A stretch of 64,000 nucleotides of DNA from the human T2T-CHM13v2.0 reference genome, Homo sapiens (GCF_009914755.1 NC_060938.1); one strand, 5' to 3'. Positions 42,860-59,250 are shown, counted from the first letter of the stretch. Notes: generated from the sequence alone by a model not told the origin. A program made the numbers and translations.

Positions 42860-43603
42860 GAGTTTTTTTTTATTTTTAAACAGCGTTTTCCAAGTAAACT
42901 ATAAATACTAAAATGTACTTATTTTAAGTCTACAATTCAATGTTTACTAAATTTATAGAGTTGTACGATCATCACCACAGTCCAGTTTTAGAACCTTCCA
43001 TCCTCCTCATATGTTTCCTCCTGCCAATATGCAGTCAGTTCCTGCTCCCCCCAGCACCTGACAACCGCTGATCTGCTGTTTCTATGAATTTGCCTTTTCT
43101 AGACATATCATATAAATGGAATCATACAATATGTGGTTTTTTGTGGCTGGCTTCTTTCTCTTAGTATGATGTTTTCGAGGTTCATCTAAGTTGTAGCATG
43201 TTTGACTAGTTCATGCCTTTCTACTGCTGAATGTAATTTTATTGTAAGGATACAGCCCATTTTGTTCAACCATTCATTAACTGATGGGCATTTGACTTGT
43301 TTCAAGTTTTTTGGTTACTATGAGTATGTTGCTATGAGCATTCATGTACATGTCTTTGTGTGGAGAAATGTTTTCATTTCTCTTGAATGGATACCTAGCC
43401 ATGGAGCTGCTGAATTGTAGAGTAAGTTTATGTTTAACTTTTCAAGAAACTGCCACACTGTTTTTCAAAATGACTGTATCATTTTACATTCTTCCCAGCA
43501 ATGTGTGAGGGTTCTAGTTTCCACATCCTTACCATATATGTTATTGTCTTTTTAATTACAGCTAATTCTAGTGGCTATATAATGGTATCTCACAGTGGTT
43601 TAA
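42860..43603 (-). mobile_element. L1MB-like 3' end (host element, part 1)
   Basis: tataaatggaatcatacaatatgtgg...ttcaagaaactgccacactg. Confidence 0.85.
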
Positions 43604-43941
43604 AAACGTTTTTTATTGATACATAATATTTGCACATTTTTATGGAGAAACATGATATTTTGTTACATGCATGGAATGTAATGATTGAGTCAGGGTATTT
43701 TGGGTGCCCATTACCTTGAGTATTTTTCATTTCTATGTGTTGAGAACAGTTCAAATCCTCTCTTCCAGCTATTTTGAAATATACAGTATGCTGTTAACTT
43801 CAGTTACCCTATTCTACTATTGAACATTGGAAGTTAAACTGTATGTTTGTTCCCATTCACCAACTCTCCTCTCTTCATCCCCCACCCCACTTATCAGTCT
43901 CCAGTAACTATCATTCTACTCTCTTCCTCCACAAGATCAAC

Positions 43942-44264
<323 letters not shown>

Positions 44265-44860
44265 TAAGAGTGAGAACATGCAATATTTGTCTTTCTGTGT
44301 CTGACTTATTAACATAAGGACCTCTAGTTCCATCACTGTTGCTGCAAATGACAAGATTTCATTCTTTTCTTTGGCCAAGTAGTATTCCTTTGCATATATG
44401 TACCACATTTTCTTTATCGCCTCATCTGCTGATGGACACTTAGGAATCCATATGTTTGCTATTGTGAATAGTGCAGCAATGAACATGGGGTGCGGGTATC
44501 TCTTTGATACACTGTTTTCTTTTCCTTTGGGTAAATACCCAGTAGTAGGATTGCTGGATCATATGGTAGTTCTGTTTTTAGTATTTTGAGAAACCTCAAT
44601 ACTGTTTTCCATAATGGCTGTGCAAATATACATTCCCACCAACAGTGTATAAGAGTTTCCTTTTCTCCACATCTTCACCAGCATCTATTATTTATTTAAT
44701 AATAGTCATTCTAACTAGGTTAAGGTGATATCTCATTGTGGTTTAATTTGCATTTCCCTGAAGTTTAGTGTTGTTGAGCATTTTTTTCGTACACCTGATG
44801 GCTATTTGTATGTCTTCTTTTGAGAAATGTCTATCTGTGTCTTTTGCACATTAAAAAAGT

Positions 44861-45185
44861 TTGTTTGTTTTGTTTTATTTTGTTTTTTTTCTTGTTTGTT
44901 TTTTTTTTAGAGACAGGGTCTCACTCTCTCACCCAGGCTGGAGTGTAGCGGCATGACTATAGTCCATAGGAACTTTGAACTCCTGGGCTCAAGTGATCTT
45001 CTCACCTTAGCTTCCCAAGTTTCTAGGACCAGATGTGTGAACATCATGCCTGGCTAATTTTTTTTTTTTTCGTAGAGACTGGGTCTTGCTAGGTTGCCCA
45101 AGCTGGTCTCAAACTCCTGACCTCAAGCAATCCTCCGGCCTTGGCATCCCAAAGCACTGGGATTACAGGCAAGAGCCTCCACATG
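44861..45185 (-). mobile_element. AluJ
   Basis: gaactcctgggctcaagtgatc, diverged copy. Confidence 0.88.
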
Positions 45186-45499
45186 CAATTCTTTGTCCAC
45201 TTTTCAATGGAGTTATTTGATTTTTCTTGTTATTGAGTTGTTTGAGTTCCTTGCATATTCTGGATATTAGTCCTTTGTCCAATGAATATTTTGCAAATAT
45301 TTTCTCCCATTTGATAGATTGTTTTTTTTCACTCTGTTGATTGTTTTCTTTGCTGCCCAGAAGCTTTTTAGTTTAGTAGAGTTCCATTTGTCTATTTTTG
45401 TTTTTGTTGCCTGTGCTTTTGAGGCCTTAGCCATGAAATCTTGTCTAGACCAATATCCCATATGTTTCCCTTATTTCCTTAGCAGTTTTTTTAAAATTA

Positions 45500-45674
<175 letters not shown>

Positions 45675-46109
45675 TAGTTTTGGGTCTTATATTTAGGTCT
45701 TTAATCCATATTGAGTTGACTTTTGTATATGGTGAGAGAGAGGGGTCTAGTTCCATTCTTCTGCATATGGATATCCAGCTTCCCCAGCACCATTTATTGA
45801 GGAGGATGCCCTTTCCCCAATGTATGTTCTTATTGCCTTTGTCAAAAATCAGTTGGCTGTAAATATGTGAATTTATTTCTGGGTTCTTTATGCTGTTTCC
45901 ATTAGTCTGTGTGTCTCTTTGTATACCAATAACATGCTGTTTTGTTTACCATAGTCTTGTAATAGATTTTGAAGCTAGGTAGTGTAGTACCTCCAGCTTT
46001 GTTTTTTTTGCTTGGGGTTGCTTTGGCTATTCAGGCTCCTTTTTGGTTCCATATGAATTATAGGACTTTTTTTTTTTCTAATTCTGTGAAGTATGATGTT
46101 GGTTGTTGT

Positions 46110-46414
46110 ATTTTTTTCTTTTTTATTTTTTGAGATAGAGTCTCACTCTGTCATCCTGGCTGGAGTGCAGTGGTACAATCTCGGCTCACTGCAACCACCA
46201 CCTCCTGGATTCAAGCTATTCTCCTGCCTCAGCCTCCTGAGTAGCTGGGATTACAGGCACTTGCCATCACGCCATGCTAATTTTTTGCATGTTTAGTAGA
46301 GATGGGGTTTCACCATATTGGCCAGGCAGATCTTGAACTCCTGGTCTCAAGTGATCTGCCTGCCTCGACCTCCCAAAGGGCTGGGATTATAGGCATGAGC
46401 CACTGTCCCTGGCC
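46110..46414 (-). mobile_element. AluS
   Basis: Full dimer. Confidence 0.92.
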
Positions 46415-47351
46415 TGATGCTGGTATTTTGATAGAGATTACAGTGAATCTGCAAATTACTTTGGGTAGTATGGTCATTTTAACAATATTAATTCTTCTGA
46501 TCCATGAGCATGGAATGCCTTTTCATTCGTTTGTGTACTCTTCAATTTCTTTCATCAGTTTTTTGTAGTTTTCCACTTGAAGGTCTCTCAACTCCTTTGT
46601 TAAATTTATTTCTGGGTGTTTTATTTTTTGTCTATTGTAAATTAAATTGCTTTCTTGATTTCTTTTTTAATATTTCATTGCTGGTGGGTAGAAATGCTAC
46701 TGAATTTTGAATGTTGATTTTGTATCCCACAACTTTACTGTATTTATTTATCAGATCTAGGAGTTTTTTGGTGGAATCTTTAAGTTTTTCTAAATATAAA
46801 ACCATGTCATCTGCAAAAAGGAAAATTTTGACTTCCTCTTTTCCAATTCAGATGCCTTTTATTTCTTTCTTTTGCCTGATTGCTCTGGCTAGGGCTTCCA
46901 GGCATGGAAGACATTCCTTTCATGTTGAATAGGGATGGTGAAAGTGGGCATATTTGTCTTTTTCCAGTTCTTAGAGAAAAGGCTTTTTAGCATTTTTCCA
47001 TGTAGTATGATGTTAGCTGCGGGTTTGTCATATAAGACCTTTATTATGTTGCGTTATGTTCCTTCTCTGCCAAGTTTGTTGAGAGTTTTTATCATGAAAT
47101 GATGTTGAATTTTACCAAATGCTTTTTCTGCATCTATTGAGATAATCATATGTTTTTTGTTCTTCATTCTGTTGATATCAGTATCATGTTTATTGATTAA
47201 TTTGCATATGTGAACCTATCCTTGCATCCCTGGGACAAATCCCACTTGATCATGGTGTATTGATGTACTATTGGATTCTATTGCTAGTATTTTGTTGGAT
47301 AATTTTGTGTCTATGTTCATCAAAGGTATTGGTCTGTAATTTTCTGTTTCG

Positions 47352-47388
47352 TGTGTGTGTGTGTGTGTCCGTGTGTGTGTGTGTGTGT
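47352..47388. repeat. Interrupted (TG)n microsatellite
   Basis: (gt)n cc (gt)n cc. Confidence 0.9.
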
Positions 47389-50300
47389 CCTTGTCTGGTC
47401 TTGGTATCAGGGTAATGCTGGCCTTATAGAATGAGTTGGAGAGAATTCCCTCTTCTTCAACTTTTTGGAATAGTTTGAGGGAAAATTAGTGTTAGTTCTT
47501 CTTTATATGTCTCATAAAATTCAGCAGTAAAGCCATCCATTCCTGGGATTTTCTTTGTTGGGAGATTTTTTATTACTGATACAAGCCTGTTACTCATTAT
47601 TGGTCTGTTCATGTTTTCTGTTTCTTCTTAATTTAGTCTTGGTAGGTCGTATGTGTCCAGGAATTTATCCTTTCCTCTAGGTTTTCCAGCTTGTGCATAG
47701 TTATTCATAATAATCTCTGATGATCTTTTGTATTTCTGTGGTGTCAGTTGTAATGTCTCCTTTTTTTGTTTCTGATTTTGTTCATTTGGATCATCTCTCT
47801 TTTTTTCTTGGTTAGTCTAGCTGGTATATCAATTCTGTTTCTTTTCAAAAAAATCAGATTTTCACTTTGTTGAACCTTTGCATTTTTTTTAGTCTATTTT
47901 ATTTAGTTCTGCCCTAATCTTTATTATTTCTTTTCTTCTAATTTGGGGTTTGGTTTGTTCTTGTTCTTCTGGTTCCTTGAGGTGTATTGTTAGATTGTTT
48001 ATTTGAAGGCTTCTTATTTTTTTGAGGTAGGTGTTTATTGCAATAAACTTCCTTCTTAGCACTGCTTTTCCTGTATTCCATAGGTTTCCAGATGTTGTGT
48101 TTCCATTTTCAATTGTCACAAGAAATGTTTTTATTTACTTCTTAATTTCTTTATTTACCTAGTAGTTGTTGAGGAGCATATTGTTTAATTTATATGTATT
48201 TGTATAGTTTCAAAAGTCCCTCTTGTTATTGATTTCTAGATTTATTCTATTGTGGTCTGAGAAGACACTGATTTCTTTGTATCATAAGGTATAATTTCAA
48301 TTTAAAAAAATATATTGAGACTCGTTTTTATAGCTTAACATTGGTCTACCCTGGAAGGTGCTCCATATGCTGTGAGAAGAATGTATATTCTGCAGCTATT
48401 GGATAAGATGTTCTGTAGATGTCTGTTAGGTTGATTTGATCTAAAGTGCAGTCTATCTCTAGTGGGAGAGATAGACTTCTAATATTATTTGCTTTATATA
48501 TCTGGGTGTTCTGGTGTTGGGTGCATATATATTTAGAATTGTTGTATCCTCTTGCTGAATTGATCTGTTTATCATTATATAATGACCTTTGTCTTCTTTT
48601 ACTGTCTTTGACTTAAAGTCTATTTTTTCTCATATAACCATAGCTACTCCTGCTCACTTTTGGTTTCCATTTGCATGGAATATCTTTTTCTATCCCTTTA
48701 TTTTCAGTCTATATATGTATTTATAGGGGAAGCAGGTTTCTTGTAGGCAACACATAGTTGGGTCCATTTTCTTCCTCTATTCAGCCTGTTTAGATCTTTT
48801 AAGTGGAAAATTTAATCCATTTACATTCAAGGTTATGATTGATGTTTGAGGACTTATTCCTGTTACTTTGTTAACTGTTTCCTGGTTGTTTTGTATATGC
48901 TTTGCTCCTTTCTTTCTCTGTTTTTGTTTATTTTGTTTTTTGTAGTGGTAATATTTGAGTCCTTTCTCTTCCTCATTCATGTGTTTGCTCAACCAGTCCT
49001 AACCATAGGACTCCCTTAGGCATTTCTTATAGGACTAGTGTAGCAATTACGAATTCCCTCAGTTTTTGCTTTTCTGGGACAGACTTTATTTCTCCTTCAT
49101 TTATGAATGACAACTTTATATGGGTATAGTATTCTTGTCTGACAGTCTTTTTTTCTTTCAGCAGTTTAAATATATCATCCCATTCTCTCATTCTGTCATC
49201 TCATTCTGCTTAGCCTGTAATGTTTCTCTTGAGAATTCTGCTGTTAATTTGGTGGGGGCTCCCTTACATGCGAGTACATGCTTTTCTTTTGCTGATTTTA
49301 GAATTCTCTCTTTGTCTATGATTTTGACAGTTAGACTGTAATGTGCTGTGGAGAAAACTTCTTTAGGTTACATCTTTTTGGAGATTGCTGACCTTCCGTT
49401 TGTGGATATCTAAATCTCTGGCTCGACTTGAGAAGTTTTCAGCTATTGATTTGTTAAATAGGTTTTCTATGCCTTTGGGTTTCTCTTCACCTTCTGGAAC
49501 TCAAAATTAGAATGTCTAGTCTCTTTGTGGTGTCCTATATGTCACCTAAGCTTTATTCATTCTTTTTTTTCTTCTTCTTTTGTCTGACTGGGCTATTTCA
49601 AAAGACCTGTCTTCAAGTTCTGAAGTCCTTTCTTCTGCTTGGTTTAATCTATTGTTGAAGCTCTTGAATAAATTTTTTTACTTTATTTTATTCATTGAAT
49701 TATTCAGTTCCAGGATTTGTTTGGCTCTTTTTTATGAAAGCAATCTCTTTGGTGAATTTCTCATTCATATCCTGAATTATTTCTTCTGATTTCTTTTTAT
49801 TGTTTATCTGTGCTCTCTTGTATCTCACTGAATTTCTTTCAGATCATTATTTTGAATTCTTTTTCCAGCATCCCATAATTTTGTTTTTCATTAAAAACTG
49901 CTGCTGGAGAATTATCGTGTTCCTTTGGAGGTGTTATATTTCCTTACTTTTTCATGTTTCTTGCCTTCTTATGTTGATATCTGCACATCTGTGTAACAGT
50001 TGATATCTGCACATCTGGTATAACAGTTGCCTCTTCCAATTTTTGGGTTAGCTTTTATAGGGGAAGACATTTTTCAGAAGATGTATCTATAGTGTTGGTT
50101 TAGTAGGGCACTTTAGCTTTGATTCTGCATGCATGCAGTAGTGTAGTCTCCATACGATTTCCTCAGCTGTAAACAGTGGCAGTGGTATCTGTGATTTCCT
50201 CAGTGGCTTAGGCTGTGGTTGTTAGCAGAGGCTGTGATGAAGTTTTCCTAGGGACAGGGATGCCTGGTAGGCTAGTCCTCAGTCACCAGTGGTGGCAATG

Positions 50301-53300
50301 GCAGGCTGAGTGTGCCTGTCCTTGGGCTTCCAGGTGGTATACAAGATCACCCGTTTTAGCATTTCCAAGTGGGCCAATTCTTGGACCTCCAGGAGGCTTA
50401 CTCAGGTGTCAGCAGTGGCAGCAGTGGGCAGGGTGGCTGAGTGGGTCCTCAGGACCCTGGACAGCATGTGTGGCATGGGTGATGGCTGTAGTGGTGGTGG
50501 GACAACCCTCAGGCTCCCATGCTGCTCCCAGGTAGCATGTGCTTGTGTTAGTGGTTATTGTAATGGTCTGGGTAGGCCAGACCCCAGGCCCTCAGGTGAC
50601 ACATGTGGGTAGGTGCCAGCTGTGATGGTAGTGGTAAGCTGGGTTGGCCAGTCCTCAAGCCTCCGGGAAAAGTGCACAGATGCCAGCAGTAGCAGATGGG
50701 GAAAGGTGATCCCAGGCCCTTGGGGAACATGCTTGGGCATTGAGGGAGGGGCTCCAGGCCAGGCAGGCCTGTCCTCAGGCTTCTTGGTGGTGTGCGTGAA
50801 TGCATGCTGTCGTGGGCAGAGTAGGGTGATCCCCAGGCCTTATGGTGGAGTACCTGGGTGATAGCAGCAGAGATGGCTGAGGGCAGAAAGAATCTATCCT
50901 TAGGGTGATGCAAGTATGCTGAGAACCTGCTGTTAGGGGGTGTGGGGTTGCCGTCATTGGCAGCAGCTGCAGGCAGGCAGGCAGGCAGGCAGCTCTTAGA
51001 ATCTGGAGAGTGTTTGATTTGGCCCCCAGTGGAGGTGGCTACAGTGGCAGCAGTGGGAGAGCCAGTCCTCAAGGCACATTCAAGTATGTGATGTCCCCGT
51101 TGCTGAGGAGTATAATGTTGCTGCAGTGGCAAGTACTTTGTACTTTGCCAAAGTGGCAGCAGCAGTGGCAACTGCAGGCTGGGAGGGCATGTCCTCAGGG
51201 AGCATGAAAGCTTGGTGTAGCCCTGCTGCTGGTGGGCTAAGGGTTGCTGTCAGTAGCAGGGGCCCAGGTAGGTAGGTTTCATGCTTTGAGGAGTACATAT
51301 TTTGGCTCCCATCGTCCCAGGGCAGTCTTCCCAGAGTATTGCAGTGCCCATTCCCTGGAGTGCAGGACACTATGTGTGCTAGGGAGCTGGGGATCTTGTC
51401 ACTTTGCTGGATTCAGCTGGCATCACGCCAGTGCAGCCCTCTGGGTGGACACAAGGGGATGTCAGTGGGGCTCCAGGGATGTAAAGATGCAGGGGCTATT
51501 GGACCCCAGGGCAGGATGCAGTCTGGTAGGGGCTGAGCCCTCAGAATGGTTCCCTGCTGCAACTGCTTAAAACTCAGAGTGTGTGTGGGACCCAGCATGA
51601 ACTTTCTCTCTGTAGCAATGTCTCTATGTGGTCTCTGGGCAGCTCCCTATGGGAGTCTCAAGGCCCACAAGGGTCAAGGAGTTCTCTTGTGCCTAGGGTT
51701 GTAGGAGCCCACAGTCAGAAGGTGGATAACTGGGGATTTCTCATTTACCTTTTCCCTACCCACTGGGGATATCTGGCTGAGCTGGCTGCCTTGCTTCCCT
51801 CTCCCTCTGTGCCCTGGGTGTTTCATGTCACATTTCTGCCAAATTCCAGTGTTTTAGATGTTCTATTTGAAGTGAGATTTTCTACTTATTATTTTGGTTC
51901 TTCTTTGCAGAGGGGGCAAGTGTTGAATGCCTTTAATCAGCCATCTTGAACCTTCATTTATCATTGTGGTTTTAATTTGCATTTCCCTAATGAATAGTGA
52001 TGTTGAGCATTTTTCATGTGAACATTAGCCATTTGTATGTCTTCTTTGGTGCAATGTTTATTCAATTTTGTCTATTTTTAATTTGGATTTTAAAGTTAAT
52101 TTGGCTTCTAATTATTGATGCGTTCTAAGAGTTATTTATATATTCTGGATAGAAATTCTTTATCAAATATATGTTTTGCAAATATTTTCTCCCAGTCTGT
52201 GGTTTTACTTTTCATTTCCTTAATGTTATTTTTTGAAGCAAAAATTTTAAAATTTTGATGAAGCTCAATTTATCTTTTCTTTTATGGATTGTGTTTGTGA
52301 CATTGTATCTAAAAACTCTGCCTAACCCAATGTACAATTTTTTTTCTGGTTAGTTTTCTATTAGGAGATTTATAGTTTTAGTTTACATATTTAAGTTTAT
52401 AATCCATTTTGAATTAATTTTTGTTTATGGTGTGAGGTAAGGGTTGAAATTAATCCTTTTGCATATGGATATCCAGTTGTTCCAGTTCCATTTGTTGAAA
52501 AGACTGTTCTTTCCTTATTGAATTGCCTTGACACCTTTGTTATAAATCAGTTGATCATGAATGTAATAATGGACACTCAGGTATATTCCATTGATCCTAT
52601 CCTATGCCAATACCACTTTACCTTGATTATAGAAGTTTAACAGTAAGTTTTGAAGTCAAGCAGCTCTTCAACTTTGTTCTTCTTTTTAAAATTATTTTGA
52701 CTATTCTGGGTCATTTGCTTTTCCATATGAATTTTGGGATCAACTAATCAATTTCTACAAAAAACTCCTACTGAGATCTTGATAGGGATTACATTCAATG
52801 TATAGATCAATTTGGGGAGAATTGTCATCTCAACAATATTGAGTCTCCAGTCTATGTGCATGGACTGTATCTCCATTTATTTAAATTTTCTTTATCTCAG
52901 CAATGTTTTACAGTTTCACCATACAAACCTTCCATTTCTTTTGTAAAATTTAGCCTCAATTTTTAAAATTCTTTTTGATATTATTGTGAATGGGATTTTT
53001 TCTTTATTCCATTTTTTTTCAGATTATTTGTTAGTATATAGTAGTGTGGTTTTGCCTATTAATCTTGTGTCGTGTAAGCTTGCTGAACTCATTTATTAGT
53101 TCTAGCTGTGTGTGTGAGTGTGAGTGTGTGTGTATGTGTGTGTTCCTTAGGTTTTTCTCCTTACAGGATTGTGTCATCTGTGAATAAACAGTTTTACTTA
53201 TCTTCCAATCTGGATACCTATTATTTATTTTCTTTGCCTGACTGCACTGGCTAGAACTGACAGTACAATGTTGAATAGAGTGGAAGGGATGGACATCTTC

Positions 53301-53884
53301 GCCTTGTTCCTGATTTTAGGGAGAAAGTGTTCAGTATTTCACTGTTGCATATGATGTTAGCAACAGGCTTTTTGTAGCTGCCCTTTATCAAGTTGAGGAT
53401 TTTCCCTTCTATTCCTACTGTGTTAAACGCTTTTATTATGAGTGTTAGGTTTTGTCAATTTTTTTCTGCACCTATGAAAATGATCATGTGCATTTTGTTC
53501 TTTATTCTACAAATACGGTGTGTTATAGTAATTGATTTTCAGATGTTAAACCAACCTTGTATTTCTGGGACAAATCCCAGTTGGTCATGGTGAATAATCC
53601 TTTTAGTATATTGCTGTATTTGGTTTGCTAATATTTTGTTTAAAAACCTTACATCTATGTTCATGAGGGATATCGATGTATAGTTTTTTTTCCTTGTGAT
53701 ATTTGTCTCACTTTGGTATCAAGGCACTGACAATAAAATGAGTTTTCTAAAAAAGTTTGTAAAGGATCGGTATTATTTCTTCTTTTGATATAGATACTCG
53801 ATAGAATTTATCATTGAGGACTTGGGTTCTCTTTGTAGAAAGATTTTTAAATTACTATTTTTTTAAATTCATTTTTTAATGAAT

Positions 53885-54385
53885 TATATTAGTCAAGGTT
53901 CTCCAGAGAAATGGAACAAATAGGAAATATGAACATATACAAGAGGGGACTTACTGTGAGAATTGACTCACTCAATTATGGAGGCTAAGAGGTCCTACAA
54001 TATGCTGTCTGCAAGAGGGAGAACAAGGAAGGCCAGTAGAGTGTAACTGGTCGGAGGCTGAAGGCCTAGGGACTAGTGAGCTGCTTGGTCTAAGTCCTGA
54101 GTCTGAAGGCCCAATATCCTGGAGTTTTGATGTCTGAGGGCAGGAGAAGACGGATGTCCTAGTTCCAGAAGGAAGAGAAAATTTGCTCTTTCCTGCCATT
54201 TTGTTTTATTCCTGCCCTCAACAGATTGGGTGATGCCTGCCCACATTGATGAGGGCAATCTTCATTACTGTCTACTGATTCAAATGCTAGAAACACCCTC
54301 ATAGACACACTCAAAAATAATGATTTACCAGTTACCTGGGTATCCTTTAGCCCAGTCAAGATAACACATAAAATTTATCATCACA
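53885..54385 (-). mobile_element. MLT2 (C/D-like) ERVL solo LTR
   Basis: tatattagtcaaggttctccagagaaa...cccagtcaagataacacataaaatttatcatcaca with TSD tgaat/ttaat. Confidence 0.88.
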
Positions 54386-54777
54386 TTAATTATAGATATA
54401 TTCAGATTTTCTGCCTTTTTGAGTCAGTTTTGGTCATTTGTGTTTTTCTAGGAATTTATCAATTTCACCTAAATTGCCTAATTTATTGGCATAAAGTTCT
54501 TCATTGTTTTTCCCATAATCCTTTTAAGCTTCAGTTGGCAGTGACGTTCCCTCTTTTATTACTGATCTTGGTAATTTGTGTCCTCTTTCTGTCTTGATCA
54601 GTCTAGCTAAAGATTTGTCAACTTTGCTGATCTTTTAAAGGAATTAACTTTTGGTTTCATTGATTTTTTTCCTTATGGTTTTACTGCTTTTGATTTCTTT
54701 GGATTTGGGTTTAGTTTGCCTCTTTTTAGTTTCTTCAGGTGGAAAATTGAGTTAATAATTTGATACCATTTTAATAA

Positions 54778-55461
<684 letters not shown>

Positions 55462-55680
55462 TATTTTCATATGTCTTATTTTTGTTTTCATTTAGTTAAA
55501 ATACTTTCTAATTTTTTTATGATTTTTTCCTTTGACCCATGAGTTATTTTGAAGTGTGATGTTTAATTTCCAAATATTTAGAGATTTCCCAAATTTCTTT
55601 CTTTTGTTAATTTCTAATTTAACTCCATTGTAATGAGAGAGCATACTTTGTATGATTTCAATTCTTTAAAATTTATTGAG

Positions 55681-55838
55681 ACTTGTTTTATTGCTTAGAA
55701 TACAGTCTATCCTTGAGAATGTTCCAAGTGTGCTTAAAAAGAATGTGTATTCTGCCTCAACTTGTTTTATTGCTTAGAATACAACCTATCCTTGAGAATC
55801 TTCCAAGTGTGCTTGAAAAGAATGTGTATTCTGCCTCA
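55681..55838. repeat. 79-bp tandem duplication within L1
   Basis: Copies at 55681-55759 and 55760-55838 with 4 mismatches. Confidence 0.92.
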
Positions 55839-56067
55839 TCAAATGAGTATCCTATAGATGTTGCTTAGAACAAATTAATTGATAATATTAACTTCTATAT
55901 TCTTGCTGATTTGTCTAGTTATTTAACTGATTATTAATAGTGGGGTACTGATATCTCCAATTACGATTATTGAATTGTCTGTCCCTTCACCTTCTTGAAT
56001 TTTTATTATTTATTTATTTATTATTTTAAAAATACTACTTCCCATTTTCCCTTTCAGGAATATGAAA

Positions 56068-56870
<803 letters not shown>

Positions 56871-57169
56871 TTTTTTTTTTTTTTTTTTTTCACATAGGGT
56901 CTCACTCTGTCACCCAGGCTGGAGGACAGTGGCACTACATGGTTCACTATAGCCTTGATCTCCTGGGCTCAAGCAATCCTCCTGCCTCAGCTTTCTGAGT
57001 AGCTGGGACAAGTGTGCACCACCATGTCTGGCTAATTTATTTTTCATTTTGTAGAGATGAGATCTCCCTGTGTTGCCCTGGCTGGTCTTGAACTTCTGGG
57101 CTGAAGTGATCCTCCTGCCTTGGCCTCCCAAATTGCTGGGATTACAGACATGAACCACTGCACCTGGCC
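56871..57169 (-). mobile_element. AluJ
   Basis: gccttgatctcctgggctcaagcaatcctcc. Confidence 0.9.
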
Positions 57170-58428
57170 TAATTTTGTTAATTATTACTTCCTACCTTTT
57201 GGGTCTCTTTCATTACGTCTCTATATAATTGTTATATTTTATTAAAAATAAGTTGATCTCTTTAATCATTACAAAATGTCCCTCTTTATCTCCGTTTGTC
57301 TTGGATTGACATAGCCACTCCAGCTCTGTTATGTTTACTGCTTGATGGTATATCTTTTTCTATCCTTTTCTTTCAATCTATTTGTGTGTTTTAATCTAGA
57401 AGAGGTTTCTTGTATATACCATACTGTTGGATTAAAAAATAAAAATCAGTCTGACAATTTCTGCCGTTTGATTGAAGTGTTTTATCCATTCACATTTAAT
57501 GTCATTATTGGTGTGACTGAATTCATCTTTCATATTGCTTTTTGTTTTCTATGTGTCCCATTCCTTTTTGCTTCCTTTGTTTCTTCTTTCCACTTTTTTT
57601 GTGTTAGATAATTTTTAGCATTCTAATTTATTTCTTGGCTTAAATTTTTTTAAAAAGTTTATTACTTGTTTATTTTTTTCCTTCAGTGATTGATCTGGGG
57701 ATTACTATATGCTTCTTAATTTATCACAATATGCTTCAGATTAATACTAATTTAATTCATGTAAAATACATAATCTTTACTCCAATATAGGTCTATTTCC
57801 TCCTCCATCCTATATGCATATATATGTACATGTGTTATAAGACCAACAATACAGTGTTATATTGTTTTCTCCAATTTTATATCTTTTAAAGGAAAAAAAT
57901 AATATAGTTTTTTATATTATTTATATATTTACCTTTTTTTGGTGCTTTTCATTTCTTTGCATGAATTCAAGTCTGATGTTATTTCCTTGCAGCCTAAAGG
58001 GTTTCCTTTAGTGTTTCTTATAAGGCAGGTCTGCTAGCAACAAATTATCTGGTTGCTTTTTGTTTGAGAATGTCTCCATTTCAATTTTATTCTTAGAGGG
58101 ATACTTTTAGTGATATAGAATTCTTAGTTGACAGTTTTTTTTTTTCTTTAGCACTTTGAATATGTTATTGCACTGTACTTGGGTTTTCCTTGTTTGTGAT
58201 GAAAAGGCAATCATTAATCATATTGGTGGTCCCCCTTGTATGTGATAAGTTATTTTTCTCTTACTGTTTTCAAGATTTTCTCTTTGTACAATTGCATTAT
58301 GATAAATCTAGGGTGGACCTCTGTGTTTATCCTACTTGTGGTTCATTAAGCTTCTAGAATATATCATGTTTTTCATCAAATTTGGGAAATATTTGCCATT
58401 ATTTCATTATAATTCTCTCTCTCCTTTT

Positions 58429-59250
58429 TGATGGTATTGTGAAATATTAACTGGTCTTCCCACTTCCTGACACACAACTCCTAAAACTCTTGGAATCTCT
58501 GGAGTAATGTGTCTTTGTATGCTAATTACAGGTGGCTGGAAGCTCCAGGTGTCTTTAGGATGGGGACTGGTCACAGAAAAAACCAAGGCATGATTAGAGG
58601 GCTGAGAATTTCAGCCTCACCCACTCAACCTCCAGGATGGGGAGAGGGACTAAAGATTAAGCTAATCACTAATGGCCAATGATTTAATCAATGATGCCTC
58701 TGTAATGAGGCTTCCATATGGGTTTGGAAAGCTTCCAGATAGCTGAATATACAGTGATTCCTGGAGCTAGCATGACTGGAGAGGGCATGGAACCTCCATG
58801 CCCCTTCTCTCATACGTCACTCTATGCATCTCTTCCATCTGGCTGTTACTAGTATCCTTTATAATTACCTTAATGATAAATCAGTAAATGTAAATAATGT
58901 ATTTGTCTGAATTTTGTGAGCCACTCTAACAAATTAATTGAACCTGAGGAAGGGTTCAGGGGAACCCTCAATTTATAGTTGGTTGGTCAGAAGCTCATGC
59001 CACAACCTGTGCTTGCTACTGGTGTCTGAAGTGGGGGCAGCCTTGGAGACTGAGGTCTTAATCTGTGGGATCTGATGCTATCTCCAGGTAGACACTGTTA
59101 GAACCAAATTGAATTAGAGAGTACTCAGCTGGTGTCCACTGCAGGATTACTTGCTTGGTGTGTGTGGATAAACCCAAACACCTATGGGGCCACAGAAGTA
59201 TTCTGTGTTGTGAGACTATAGTAGGAGAAGCTGAGTTGGTTTTTCCTACA
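58429..59250 (+). mobile_element. MER21-family LTR
   Basis: ttcctgacacacaactcctaaaactcttggaatctc...accaaggcatgattagaggg...ggtttttcctaca. Confidence 0.8.

Noticed and set aside
42500-43000. Abrupt drop in GC content
   Set aside because: Fully explained by the start of the L1 cluster.
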